Shown: positions 19,424 through 29,101 of the stretch, piece after piece
Numbering within the stretch: position 1 is the stretch's first letter
Layout of the letters: each line of letters starts with the position of its first letter
Origin: a candidate division WOR-3 bacterium
GTDB lineage: Bacteria > Hydrothermota > Hydrothermia > LBFQ01 > DSFT01
Direction: 5' to 3'
DNA: 64,000 bases
Assembly (NCBI GenBank): GCA_039802865.1
Contig: JBDRXL010000001.1
Span: forward strand, 1,723 to 65,722
Notes under the pieces: model-generated
Database searches by the model: none
The model's input: only the letters and a program-made list of their open reading frames with translations
What the model was told of the DNA's origin: nothing
Made by a program: the position numbers and the translations under genes

Positions 19424-19862
19424 GATGAAATTTTATTTTTTATCTTTTCTGATATTTACAATTCTTGTTTTGATATTTGACTTTCTTTACTTTATTTTAT
19501 TTAAGAAATTTAATATACTTATAATGATTTCAATAGCATTAGCTGTTGTTTCAACAATTGTTGTTTCCATTCTTTATAGAAAATATAGAATCCTTTCAGA
19601 TTTTGATATAAAAATTGATAATGAAGGGATATTTTTTAAAATTCCAAAGCCCATTGCAGAAGAACTTGAACTTGAAGTTCAAAAGGGTAAATATCTATGG
19701 AGACAAATAAAAAATGTCCAATATGATAGTGAAAATCATATAATTTATTTAGTTTTAATAAGCAAAATTAAAATCCCTATTCCCTTAGTAGGTTTAAGAA
19801 ATGAGCAAATTGAAGAAATTTTATCTCAAATTAGTAAATATACAAGTGTTGAGGTAGTGTGA
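19422..19862 (+). CDS. Membrane protein of unknown function
   Basis: Two N-terminal TM helices followed by a soluble C-terminal domain. Lies upstream of nusB. Confidence 0.4.
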   Translation: MMKFYFLSFLIFTILVLIFDFLYFILFKKFNILIMISIALAVVSTIVVSILYRKYRILSDFDIKIDNEGIFFKIPKPIAEELELEVQKGKYLWRQIKNVQYDSENHIIYLVLISKIKIPIPLVGLRNEQIEEILSQISKYTSVEVV

Positions 19863-19865
19863 ATT

Positions 19866-20357
19866 ATGATTTATCCTTTTCATGGCAGAAGACTTGCGAG
19901 GGCTATTGTCGTTGAAACAATATATAATGCAGAATTATTGAATTTAAATATAGATGAAGTATTTGAAAGTATTTCAAGGATGAAAAAAGAATATTTTATG
20001 TCTATAATAAATGAAATTAAGAAAGAAAAAATAAGGGAAAAATTTATAAAAGACTTGGAGAATTGGGATGAAATTTTAAATTTTTCAAAAGCAATTATAA
20101 ATAGCTATAAAGAAAATAAGGAAAAAATTGAGATGATTTTAAGAGAAAATATTAAAGGAGATTGGGATTATGAAAGGATATTTTTGTTGGAAAAGTCAAT
20201 TTTAAAAACCGCTGTCTCTGAACTATTAGCATTAAATACCCCTTATAAAGTAATAATTTCAGAAGCTTTAAGTATAGGAGATTATTTCGTTTCCCAGGAG
20301 GCAGTTAAACTTATAAATGCAATATTAGATGGAATTGTAAAAGGTTTAAAGGTTTGA
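19866..20357 (+). CDS. nusB: Transcription antitermination factor NusB-like
   Basis: N-terminal RRLARAIVVETIYNAEL and C-terminal ERIFLLEKSILKTAVSELL...ISEALSIGDYF match the NusB pattern. Confidence 0.65.
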   Translation: MIYPFHGRRLARAIVVETIYNAELLNLNIDEVFESISRMKKEYFMSIINEIKKEKIREKFIKDLENWDEILNFSKAIINSYKENKEKIEMILRENIKGDWDYERIFLLEKSILKTAVSELLALNTPYKVIISEALSIGDYFVSQEAVKLINAILDGIVKGLKV

Positions 20358-20378
20358 ATAACTTTAAAATTATCAACT

Positions 20379-21353
20379 ATGTTAACTTTATTCTTTATTT
20401 CTCAGAGTATAGAAATATATTCATCTCAAGAAGAATCTAATTATGAAGGAAAGGAAGAAACAAATGATTACTTATGGTTGTGGAAGAAAGGTAAGAAATA
20501 TACTATCTCAATAAGAATTCTTCAACCAGAAGGAGCTATTGTTGAAATTCAAAAAGAAAATAATCCAAATCCAATTTATAAAGCTGATATTCCTACAACA
20601 TATACAAAAACTAAAGTATCTTCGCGTGATGAAGGATTTTATAGAATTATTGTAAGTAAAGAAAATTATAGCTGGTCTAAGAAATTTGAAATTAAATCTG
20701 GGTATGAATATACTCTTTATGTAAAATCACTATCTACAAAGGAAGAAAAAGAAGAATATAATGATTATTATATTATAAGAAAACCATCATCAGAGACAGT
20801 TTTAAAAATAGTAGAACCAAAAGGAGCAAATGCTGAAATTTATAAAGAAAATTCCACAGTCCCTATTCATAAAAGTGATATTCCAACAAGCAAATCATTA
20901 AATGAAAGTGGATATTATAAAGTTATTGTAACAAATGAAAGTAGTAAGTGGGAAGGAAAGGTAGAAGTAAAGAAAAATTATGAGAATATATTATATGTAA
21001 AAAATCTGGCTCCAATTTCAAAACCCACTTTAAAACCAATAAGTGAAGAAAGTTTCAAAAGCCTTATTCAAAATCTAAAAAGTGAAATATCTGAATTTAC
21101 AAGAATAGAAATTTTAAAAACCGCTGTTAGTAAAAATTATTTTCTTGTAAGACATTTAGAAGAGATACTTGACCAATTTACTTCTGAGCTTAATAAAGAG
21201 GAGGTTGTAAAAATTGTTTATCCAAAAATTATAGATAAGGAAAATATACATCAAATTTTCTCAAAATTTACTTCATCCCTTTCAAAAGAAAATATAAGGG
21301 AATGGATTGAAAATTATGATAGTGGTAATGTTGAAAAGGAGGGATGGAAATGA
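20379..21353 (+). CDS. Protein with two PEGA-like beta-sandwich repeats (probably envelope-associated)
   Basis: Two internal repeats (GAIVEIQKENNP...YRIIVSKENYSWSKKFEIKSGYEYTLYVK and GANAEIYKENST...YKVIVTNESSKWEGKVEVKKNYENILYVK). Confidence 0.4.
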   Translation: MLTLFFISQSIEIYSSQEESNYEGKEETNDYLWLWKKGKKYTISIRILQPEGAIVEIQKENNPNPIYKADIPTTYTKTKVSSRDEGFYRIIVSKENYSWSKKFEIKSGYEYTLYVKSLSTKEEKEEYNDYYIIRKPSSETVLKIVEPKGANAEIYKENSTVPIHKSDIPTSKSLNESGYYKVIVTNESSKWEGKVEVKKNYENILYVKNLAPISKPTLKPISEESFKSLIQNLKSEISEFTRIEILKTAVSKNYFLVRHLEEILDQFTSELNKEEVVKIVYPKIIDKENIHQIFSKFTSSLSKENIREWIENYDSGNVEKEGWK

Positions 21354-21871
21354 GGAAAATTATTCTTTTGTTTTTAAGTAGTTGTGTTTCTGGTTATTAT
21401 GCAAAAGGTTCAAATGTGAATTTAGATTATTCAAAAAATTATAAAGTATCAATAATTCCACAATTAAAAAGTAATTATTTGAATGAAGATGATTTAAGAA
21501 AAGTTTATGAAGCATTTTATTTAGAATTATCAAGGATTAAGAATTTTACTATTGTTGAAAGAGAAAAAGTTGAGGAGATATTAAAAGAATTGAATTTTCA
21601 GTATTCAGGACTTGTAGATATTTCAACAGCAAAGGAATTTGGTAAATTAACAGGTGCAGATTTAATAGCAAGTTATGAAGTAATTTCAGCAAAACAGGAG
21701 ATGGATGGTTTTCGTGAAATTGTAATTTCAATTAAAATAATAAATGTTCAAACGGGAGAAATAGCCTATATTGGAAGGGGAAGAGGTGAAGGATATGATG
21801 ATAAAATTACGATTATAGATATGGCTGTTAGCAATTCATTACATACTTTAAAACAAACTTTTAAGAAATGA
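21344..21871 (+). CDS. Small lipoprotein with a CsgG/TolB-N/LpoB-like fold signature
   Basis: Lipobox LSSC. Motif LSRIKNFTIVEREKVEEILKELNFQYSG resembles the CsgG/FlgT-N family motif (F.VVER..L..IL.E..FQ.SG). SD sequence GGAGGG. Confidence 0.4.
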   Translation: MEMRKIILLFLSSCVSGYYAKGSNVNLDYSKNYKVSIIPQLKSNYLNEDDLRKVYEAFYLELSRIKNFTIVEREKVEEILKELNFQYSGLVDISTAKEFGKLTGADLIASYEVISAKQEMDGFREIVISIKIINVQTGEIAYIGRGRGEGYDDKITIIDMAVSNSLHTLKQTFKK

Positions 21872-22404
21872 AATATTTAATTTTATTATTAGTGTTAGGT
21901 TGTGCAAGTCAAACAAAAACAAAAAAATTAAATTATTTAGAAAATAATAAGAATTATAGAATTGCTTTAATATCATCAACAAAAAATCATAGCTCAATTT
22001 TAAATATAGTTGAAAATGAAATTGCTCAAAAACTATTAGAACTTAAAATATTTGAAGTAATAGAAAGGAAAGAGCTTGAAAAAGTATTAAATGAAATTAC
22101 ACTTACAAATGATACATTATCATTTGAGGAATTTGGAAAAGTAATAAATGCTGAACTATTGGGAATATATAATGTTGATGATTTTGTTAAGAAAAAGGAA
22201 AAAGTTTGCATTCCAGTAATATTTCATCATGAAATTATTTGTAAAGATGAAGATGTATTTGAAATAACAATTAGCTTTAAAATTATAGACTTGAAGACAT
22301 ATAAAGTTATATATGCAAATTCAGGTAGCTCAAAAGCTTATAATTTAGATGATTGTATAAAAAGTGCAATAGATGAAGTTATGTCAAAATTAGAAGGAGG
22401 TTAA
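21868..22404 (+). CDS. Small lipoprotein, paralog of the preceding gene (CsgG/TolB-N-like)
   Basis: Lipobox LGCAS. Motif LKIFEVIERKELEKVLNEITLT. 4-nt overlap with the upstream gene. Confidence 0.4.
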   Translation: MKYLILLLVLGCASQTKTKKLNYLENNKNYRIALISSTKNHSSILNIVENEIAQKLLELKIFEVIERKELEKVLNEITLTNDTLSFEEFGKVINAELLGIYNVDDFVKKKEKVCIPVIFHHEIICKDEDVFEITISFKIIDLKTYKVIYANSGSSKAYNLDDCIKSAIDEVMSKLEGG

Positions 22405-22407
22405 GCC

Positions 22408-23190
22408 ATGATGTTATTTTTATTTTTTCAAATGAGCAAGGCAGTTGAAACAATAAAGGATGGGAAAGTAGATTGGTCAAAGGGGATTGTAACTGCTAAG
22501 GGATATGGAGTTTTTGATATAAATGCAAAGAACGTAAATGCTGAAATTTTGAAAGCGCAAAGAGTAGCAGTTGTTGTCGCTCAAAGGAACTTACTTGAAA
22601 CAATAAAGGGTGTTTATATAAATTCTGAAACAATTGTTGAAGATTATATGTTAAAGAGTGATCTTATAGTTAGTAGGGTTAATGGAATTGTAAAAGGAGC
22701 AAGAATGATAGGAGAGCCTAAAATTGATAGACAAAATGGTATTGTAGAAGTTGAGCTTGCTGTTGATTTATATGGAGATAATGGATTAGTAAGTGCTATT
22801 CTTCCAGAAATTATAAAAAATACAAAAAAACAAAACTTAGATGATATTAAGGATAATCCAAGCTTTTCTGCACTTGTTTTAGATGGTTCAGGAACAAATA
22901 TAAAGCCATCACTATTTCCTAAAATTTATGATGAAAATGGAAACTTAATTTTTGATACTGCCTGGCTTATTGATGAAAATAATCCAAAAGCTCAAAGAGT
23001 TATTAAATTTGTTGAAAATTTAAATGAGATATTAAATGACCCAGAACTTAAAGATAATCCACTTGTAATCAAAATTAAATCTGTTTTAAATGGAAGGGAT
23101 ATTGTAGTTGATAAAGATAGTGCAAATAAAATAAAGTGGCTTAAAAAAGCTTGGGAGCTTGGCAAAAAAATTGTATTAACATTATTTTAA
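22408..23190 (+). CDS. LPP20/FlgP-like domain protein
   Basis: Pattern GYGV...A...A.VVAQRNLLETIKGVYINSETIVEDYML.SD.I.S.V.GIVKGA is typical of LPP20-family domains. SD sequence GGAGG. Confidence 0.4.
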   Translation: MMLFLFFQMSKAVETIKDGKVDWSKGIVTAKGYGVFDINAKNVNAEILKAQRVAVVVAQRNLLETIKGVYINSETIVEDYMLKSDLIVSRVNGIVKGARMIGEPKIDRQNGIVEVELAVDLYGDNGLVSAILPEIIKNTKKQNLDDIKDNPSFSALVLDGSGTNIKPSLFPKIYDENGNLIFDTAWLIDENNPKAQRVIKFVENLNEILNDPELKDNPLVIKIKSVLNGRDIVVDKDSANKIKWLKKAWELGKKIVLTLF

Positions 23191-23202
23191 AAGGAGGTAA
23201 TT

Positions 23203-24234
23203 ATGTTAATTTTTTTGATTTTACAAACAGAAAAAAGTATAATTGTAGAAGGAGTTTCATCTACAAATAATGTTAGCTTAGATGTAGCAAGAGATAGAGC
23301 AATTTCCGATGCTCTTAGAAATGCTGTTGAACAAGCACTTGGAACATATATTGAAAGTCAAACTATTATTGAAAATTATAATCTTATTGAAGATAATATA
23401 CTTTCAAAATCAAAAGGCTATGTTAAGAATTATAAAATTATTTCTGAAAAACAAGAGGATGGACTTTATAGAGTAAAAATAATAGCAATTGTAGATAATA
23501 AGAAAATTGAAGATGATTTATCATCATTAAAAATTCTTATTTTACAAAAAGAAAGACCAAGAATTTTAATTCTTGCAAATGAGGAATTCTTAGAAGATAT
23601 TTTAATTGAAAAATTTAGGGATAAGGAATTTCCAATTGTAGATCAAAATAAACTGAAAGAAAAATTAAAAAAGGAAGAGATAAGACTTATATTAGAAGGA
23701 GCAAAAGATAGTTTATTAGCAAGATATGCATTAAGGGAGGGAGCAGAAATTATTTTAATTGCTAAATATAATGAGAATAAGAAAAAAGTTGAGGGGTATA
23801 ATATAGATTTAAAAGAAGTTTCTATATCTGCAAGATTAATTGATCCAAGATCCGCAGAAGTATTAGCTTCTACAAGAATTGACAAATCTTATCCAAATAT
23901 AACCCAAACTATTAAAAATCAATTAGTAGATTCATTATTTAGTGTATTATTACCAAAAACAATAAAGCAATTTCAAGAAAATAATATAGTAAAAATTTAT
24001 GTTTATAATGTTAGTTTTGATGATGTTGGAAAATTAAGAGAAGTGCTAATTAATAATGTTAGAAAGGTTGATAAAATTATTTTAAGGGAATTTTTAGAAA
24101 ATAATGCTATTTTAGAATTAATAACTCCTGAAAATCCAACTTCAATAGCCCAAATTATAAAAAGTAATTTTAAAAATGTTGAAATTAGTGAAATAGGAGG
24201 AATGAATATATATGTAAGATGGAAAGGAAAATAG
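23203..24234 (+). CDS. Protein with an N-terminal LPP20/FlgP-like domain and a C-terminal extension
   Basis: Motif VARDRAISDALRNAVEQALGTYIESQTIIENYNLIEDNILSKSKGYVKNYKII. SD sequence AAGGAGG. Confidence 0.4.
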   Translation: MLIFLILQTEKSIIVEGVSSTNNVSLDVARDRAISDALRNAVEQALGTYIESQTIIENYNLIEDNILSKSKGYVKNYKIISEKQEDGLYRVKIIAIVDNKKIEDDLSSLKILILQKERPRILILANEEFLEDILIEKFRDKEFPIVDQNKLKEKLKKEEIRLILEGAKDSLLARYALREGAEIILIAKYNENKKKVEGYNIDLKEVSISARLIDPRSAEVLASTRIDKSYPNITQTIKNQLVDSLFSVLLPKTIKQFQENNIVKIYVYNVSFDDVGKLREVLINNVRKVDKIILREFLENNAILELITPENPTSIAQIIKSNFKNVEISEIGGMNIYVRWKGK

Positions 24235-24956
24235 CATTTATTAGTGATTTTGGAGAAAGTTTTTATGTAGGACAAGTAAAGGGAGTAATTAAATCAATAA
24301 ATCCAAATGCTGAAATTATTGATATTACTCATAATGTTCCAAAATTTAATATAAAAGCAGGTCAATTTGTATTATATAGCTCATATAAGTATTTTCCAAA
24401 GGGGACAATATTTTTAGTAGTTATTGATCCTGGTGTAGGTTCAAATAGGAAGGCAATTGCTATTGAAAGTGATAATTATTATTTTGTAGGTCCAGATAAT
24501 GGATTATTTGGTTTTTTGAAAAATTACAAAGCATATGAAATAGAAATCCCAAAGAATGCAAGTTATACATTTCATGCAAGAGATGTATTTGCACCTTTTT
24601 GTGCAAAATTATCAAAAGGCTATAATATAGAAGATATTGCAAAACCTATTGAAGATATCATTAAATTAGATTTTAGAGAAGTTAAAGTTTTTGAAAATTA
24701 TATAATTGGTGAAATTGTATTCGTAGATGATTTTGGAAATTTGATAACAAACATTGAATTTAATGAGAATTTTAAATATGTGGAGATTAATGAAATTAAA
24801 ATTAGTAAAAAAGTTAGAACTTATAGTGATGCAAAGAAGGGAGAATTAGTATTTTTAAAGGGTTCTTATGAATTTTTGGAAATTAGTATAGTTGAAGGAA
24901 ATGCAAGTAAAGTGTTAAATGTAAGTTTTGGAGAAAAGGTAAAAGTTTATATTTAA
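24219..24956 (+). CDS. SAM hydroxide adenosyltransferase family protein (DUF62 / fluorinase-like)
   Basis: N-terminus IAFISDFGESFYVGQVKGVIKSINP is characteristic of this family. About 245 aa. Confidence 0.65.
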   Translation: MERKIAFISDFGESFYVGQVKGVIKSINPNAEIIDITHNVPKFNIKAGQFVLYSSYKYFPKGTIFLVVIDPGVGSNRKAIAIESDNYYFVGPDNGLFGFLKNYKAYEIEIPKNASYTFHARDVFAPFCAKLSKGYNIEDIAKPIEDIIKLDFREVKVFENYIIGEIVFVDDFGNLITNIEFNENFKYVEINEIKISKKVRTYSDAKKGELVFLKGSYEFLEISIVEGNASKVLNVSFGEKVKVYI

Positions 24957-24960
24957 AGTC

Positions 24961-24976
24961 CTTTAAAATTTTCAAA
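24961..24976 (+). promoter_or_regulatory. Promoter-like motif CTTTAAAATTTTCAAA 3 nt upstream of the pgk ATG
   Basis: Recurrent motif. Confidence 0.4.
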
Positions 24977-24978
24977 CT

Positions 24979-26169
24979 ATGAAAAAACTTTCAATTATAG
25001 ATGTTCCAAAGGAAAGTTTAAAAAACAAAAGAATTTTTTTAAGGGTTGATTTTAATGTTCCTATTGAAAATAACAAAGTTGTAGATGATTATAGAATTAA
25101 AAAAACTCTTCCAACAATAAATTATTTAAAAGATAGTGGGGCTATTTTAATTTTAGCTTCTCATCTTTCAAGACCAAAAGGTATTGAGTTAAAATATTCC
25201 CTAAAACCAGTTTCAGAGCATTTAAGTAAATTATTAAATACACAGGTAAAGTTCTTTGATATTCAAGAAAATAATTATCGTGATTATTTAAGAAGGATAA
25301 AATCAGAAGTTTTAAAATTAAAGGAAGGTGATATTTTGCTTTTAGAAAATATAAGATTTGATGAAGGGGAAGAGAAAAATGATGAAAATTTAATAAATGA
25401 ATTATATAATTTTGGTGAAATTTATGTAAATGATGCATTTGGAACAAGCCATAGAAAACATGCATCTGTTTATGGTCTTGCTTTAAGATATAATTTGAGA
25501 CTTGCAGGAATATTAATGAAAAATGAAATTGAATATCTTTATAAAGTAAAGGAAAATCCTATTCAACCATTTTATAGTATTATTGGTGGGGTTAAAGTTT
25601 CTGATAAAATAAAAGTGCTTGAAAATCTTATAAAAGTTTCAAAGAAAATTCTTATTGGTGGAGCTATGGCATATACATTTTTAAAAGTTAAAGGAATAAA
25701 TGTAGGAAGTTCAATAATTGATGAAAAAAGCTTAGATTTTGCTAAAAGTTTCTTGGATAAATATAGTGAAAAAATTATTTTACCAATTGACCATATTGTA
25801 AAGAATTCTAAAATTATGAATGTTGAAGAAATAATGGAAGGATACATAGGAATGGATATTGGTAAGAAAACAATTGAATTATTTAAGCAAGAGCTGAAAG
25901 ATGCAAAAATGATATTCTTTAATGGACCACTTGGAAAATTTGAAGATAAGGAATTTAGTAGTGGAACATTTGAAATTGCTAAATTTTTAAGTGAGCTTAC
26001 AAAAAGAGGTGTAATTACAGTAATCGGAGGGGGTGATACAGTATCTGCAATTCATAGTGCTAATCTAAAAGATGAGGATTTTAGTCATGTATCAACAGGT
26101 GGGGGAGCAACCTTAGAGTTAATATCTGGTGAAGAAATGCCTGGAATAGAGGTTTTAAGCAATGTTTAA
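24979..26169 (+). CDS. pgk: Phosphoglycerate kinase
   Basis: Motif RVDFNVP and the conserved C-terminal GGGDTVSA / STGGGA motifs. Confidence 0.9.
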   Translation: MKKLSIIDVPKESLKNKRIFLRVDFNVPIENNKVVDDYRIKKTLPTINYLKDSGAILILASHLSRPKGIELKYSLKPVSEHLSKLLNTQVKFFDIQENNYRDYLRRIKSEVLKLKEGDILLLENIRFDEGEEKNDENLINELYNFGEIYVNDAFGTSHRKHASVYGLALRYNLRLAGILMKNEIEYLYKVKENPIQPFYSIIGGVKVSDKIKVLENLIKVSKKILIGGAMAYTFLKVKGINVGSSIIDEKSLDFAKSFLDKYSEKIILPIDHIVKNSKIMNVEEIMEGYIGMDIGKKTIELFKQELKDAKMIFFNGPLGKFEDKEFSSGTFEIAKFLSELTKRGVITVIGGGDTVSAIHSANLKDEDFSHVSTGGGATLELISGEEMPGIEVLSNV

Positions 26170-26515
26170 GAAAAAAAATGAGCATAATAGCGTAGATACA
26201 ATTATTGGGAGTAAAGGAATTTTTAGAGGAAATATAGAAGTAGATGGAGGAGCTTTAATAGATGGAAAAATAGAAGGAAACGTAAAAGTAAATGGAATTT
26301 TAATTGTTGGAAAGGAAGGATATATTATTGGGGAGGTTTGGGCAAGTGATTTAATAATTAGTGGCAAGATTGAGGGAAAAGTTTACATTAAAAATAGAGT
26401 TGAAGTTCAAAATACAGGAAAAATAGATGGAGAATTACATTGTAAAGTATTAGTTGTGGATGAAGGGGGATATGTAAACGGATTGATGGATATGAAATAT
26501 CAAGAGGTTGAATGA
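26162..26515 (+). CDS. Bactofilin-family cytoskeletal protein
   Basis: Beta-helical repeat pattern GxIxGxIxVDG..I.G.IEG.V.V.G.L.V with typical ~117-aa size. Confidence 0.7.
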   Translation: MFKKKNEHNSVDTIIGSKGIFRGNIEVDGGALIDGKIEGNVKVNGILIVGKEGYIIGEVWASDLIISGKIEGKVYIKNRVEVQNTGKIDGELHCKVLVVDEGGYVNGLMDMKYQEVE

Positions 26516-28191
26516 TTCTCTATATAATTCAAATGCCATCAGATATAGAAAAAGCCTTAATTTACAACTCAAAACCAGATAGTCAAATTTTAATTGATTT
26601 TAAGAAGAAATATCCAGATATAGAATGGGTATTTGAATTTTTATATCAAAGGGATTTTAAAAAATTTGATATTGAAAAGTTAATAAAACTTAATGCCAAA
26701 AAGCAATATATAACAGCAATTTTAAATATGTATCTTGAAAGCTTAAGCAAAAGGAATTTAAAAGATAGTTTAAGAAGTATTTATTTAAAATATAAAAATT
26801 ATTTTAATGCAAAAAGCTATGAAATTTTATATTCAATTTTAAAAGACAAAAATATCCTTTTAGAGCTTGCTAATAATTTTCCAAGCTCTGAAATAGTTTA
26901 TAAATCTATAAATGAGTTGAAATTATCTCAACTTACAAAAGCACAAATTTTATATTATAATGAGAAATATAAGGATTTAATAGAACAAATTCAACCAGAA
27001 TCTGCACTTTATTTTTATGTAGATGCTTTATCAAAGTTAAGTGATTTTAAAAAGGCTAGTGAGATATGTAAAAATTATAAAAATACAAATTTTAAAAAAT
27101 CAGATTATTTTTTTGAATGTGCATTAAATTTGTTAGAATATGGTGATACAATAACTGCTTTTGAATTTATTGATAGCTTATATGAATATAATCCTTATAT
27201 AGCGGTTAGGCTTGGAGGATATAATGCAATTGTTTCAAAAAGATATGACTTATTCTTTAATACATTAAAAGATACACTCATTGGTGAAGTTCAATTTATG
27301 AAAGCACTTGTTTATTATGTTAAAAGAGATTATATAAATACGATTATAACCCTTGAAAAAATTCCCAAAATTACAAATGATAACTTTGAAATTTCAAGAG
27401 CATATTATTGGCTTTATAAATTAACAAGAAATAATGATTATTTAATGAAAATTTACAAAACTCATCCAAATGGTTATTATGCTTTATATTCAAACTTCTA
27501 TCCAAAAATTATAGATACTACATTTTATGATGAAAGCAAATTTCAATTATATCAAAAGCCAATAATTTTAGAAATCCTTGGATTTAGAAGTGAATTTTGG
27601 AGATTTTTGAACGAAGAAAATAGAATTTATCTTATATATATGTTAAATAAAATTGGCTCATATGACCTTGCTCTTGATTTAGCTGAAAACTTAATATCTC
27701 CTTTTATTCCAAAAGATATTATTTTTATGGCTTATCCTACACCATATTTTCAAGAATTTTTAAATGCTAGTAATAAAAGTGGAATTGAAATAGAATTATT
27801 ATATGCAATTGTAAGGGAAGAAAGTAAGTTTAATAAGAATGTAGTTTCAAGAGCAGGAGCTATGGGAATAGCACAAGTTATGCCAGAAGATTTTAAACGC
27901 TGGTCAAGAAAACTAAATTTACCATATAAACCTTTTGATGTTAAAATAAACTTATTAATTGGAGCTATGCACTTTAAAGAATTCTTAGAAATGTTTAATT
28001 ATGATATTAACCTTACAATATGTGCTTATAATGCTGGTCCTAATGCTGTTAAAAGATGGTTAAGTGTTTTAGATTATAATGATACAGACTTATTTTTTGA
28101 GCTAATTCCATATAGAGAAACGAGAAATTATTATAGAAGGGTTATGAGAAGCTATCTTATGTATAAATATATATTTTCAAACTTCAAATGA
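26512..28191 (+). CDS. Lytic murein transglycosylase (Slt family) with an N-terminal helical domain
   Basis: SLT catalytic motif ESKFNKNVVSRAGAMGIAQVMP...AYNAGP. Confidence 0.7.
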   Translation: MILYIIQMPSDIEKALIYNSKPDSQILIDFKKKYPDIEWVFEFLYQRDFKKFDIEKLIKLNAKKQYITAILNMYLESLSKRNLKDSLRSIYLKYKNYFNAKSYEILYSILKDKNILLELANNFPSSEIVYKSINELKLSQLTKAQILYYNEKYKDLIEQIQPESALYFYVDALSKLSDFKKASEICKNYKNTNFKKSDYFFECALNLLEYGDTITAFEFIDSLYEYNPYIAVRLGGYNAIVSKRYDLFFNTLKDTLIGEVQFMKALVYYVKRDYINTIITLEKIPKITNDNFEISRAYYWLYKLTRNNDYLMKIYKTHPNGYYALYSNFYPKIIDTTFYDESKFQLYQKPIILEILGFRSEFWRFLNEENRIYLIYMLNKIGSYDLALDLAENLISPFIPKDIIFMAYPTPYFQEFLNASNKSGIEIELLYAIVREESKFNKNVVSRAGAMGIAQVMPEDFKRWSRKLNLPYKPFDVKINLLIGAMHFKEFLEMFNYDINLTICAYNAGPNAVKRWLSVLDYNDTDLFFELIPYRETRNYYRRVMRSYLMYKYIFSNFK

Positions 28192-29090
28192 AGGTGATAC
28201 ATATTATAAATAACATAGGTGGTGGAAGTGGAACATTTTTAAGAAACATTCAAAAAAAAGGTGAAATAGTTTGGGAAATATCAAAACAAAAACAATTACC
28301 AATAAAATTAAATGAAATAAAAGCAATTGTAATGTATGGTTATATTGAACATTTTGATTTTAAACCATTTAAAAATAAAAAGAAAATATATTACTTTCAT
28401 GGACTTAGAGCAATTTCAAGAAGAATGCTATTTAATAAATTTGAATTTAATCCAATACACTTATATAAATTTTATAAATTTAAAAATTGGCTTAAAAACT
28501 TTGATTGCTTTATAAGTGCAAGCTTTTCTTTGAGTAATTTAGTAAAAAAGTTTTATAATGTAGATAGTTTTGTAATTTATAATGGTTTAGATTTTAAAAG
28601 TATGCCTGAGATAAAAAGAGAAAGAAATGATAAAGTATTATTATGGATTGGAAGGTCTGCTTGGATTAAAGGTTTAGATAATTTTTTAAAATTAATGGAA
28701 TTATTACCAGAATATGAGGGATGGATTTTGGGGGTTGAAAATAAAAATTATAAAAATATAAAATTTTTTGGTTATCAAAAAGATGTTTATAATTATATTT
28801 CAAAAGCAAAAGCAGTAGTTATAACAAGTTATTATGAAGCTCTTTCTTATGTAACCTTAGAAAGTTTATATTATGGAGTTCCTGTTTTAAGCTTAAAGAG
28901 TGCAGGTGGAGTTTTTGAAATTTTACAAATTTTAAATAAATATGAGTGGATTTTTGATGATATATATCAAATGGCAGAATTTATAAAAAATAATGAAATT
29001 GAAGATTATAAGATAGATTATTTATTTAATGAGCTTTTTGATTTTGAAAGAAATTATTTAAGACTTAAAAAAATTATTGAAATGCTTTAA
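28188..29090 (+). CDS. Glycosyltransferase group 1-like protein (short)
   Basis: GT-B C-terminal half pattern (LLWIGRSAWIKG...E..S..TLES...G.PV). N-terminal half is weak or absent. Confidence 0.4.
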   Translation: MKVIHIINNIGGGSGTFLRNIQKKGEIVWEISKQKQLPIKLNEIKAIVMYGYIEHFDFKPFKNKKKIYYFHGLRAISRRMLFNKFEFNPIHLYKFYKFKNWLKNFDCFISASFSLSNLVKKFYNVDSFVIYNGLDFKSMPEIKRERNDKVLLWIGRSAWIKGLDNFLKLMELLPEYEGWILGVENKNYKNIKFFGYQKDVYNYISKAKAVVITSYYEALSYVTLESLYYGVPVLSLKSAGGVFEILQILNKYEWIFDDIYQMAEFIKNNEIEDYKIDYLFNELFDFERNYLRLKKIIEML

Positions 29091-29099
29091 AATTTTAAG
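29084..29099 (+). promoter_or_regulatory. Promoter-like motif GCTTTAAAATTTTAAG 3 nt upstream of the ATG at 29102
   Basis: Recurrent motif. Confidence 0.4.
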
Positions 29100-29101
29100 T
29101 T

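Noticed and set aside
21549-25847. Short antisense ORFs from the track (21549-21731, 22026-22211, 23643-23885, 24003-24275, 24460-24642, 25142-25465, 25572-25847)
   Set aside because: Each is fully embedded opposite a well-supported gene. Their products are low-complexity. They are expected by chance in AT-rich DNA.
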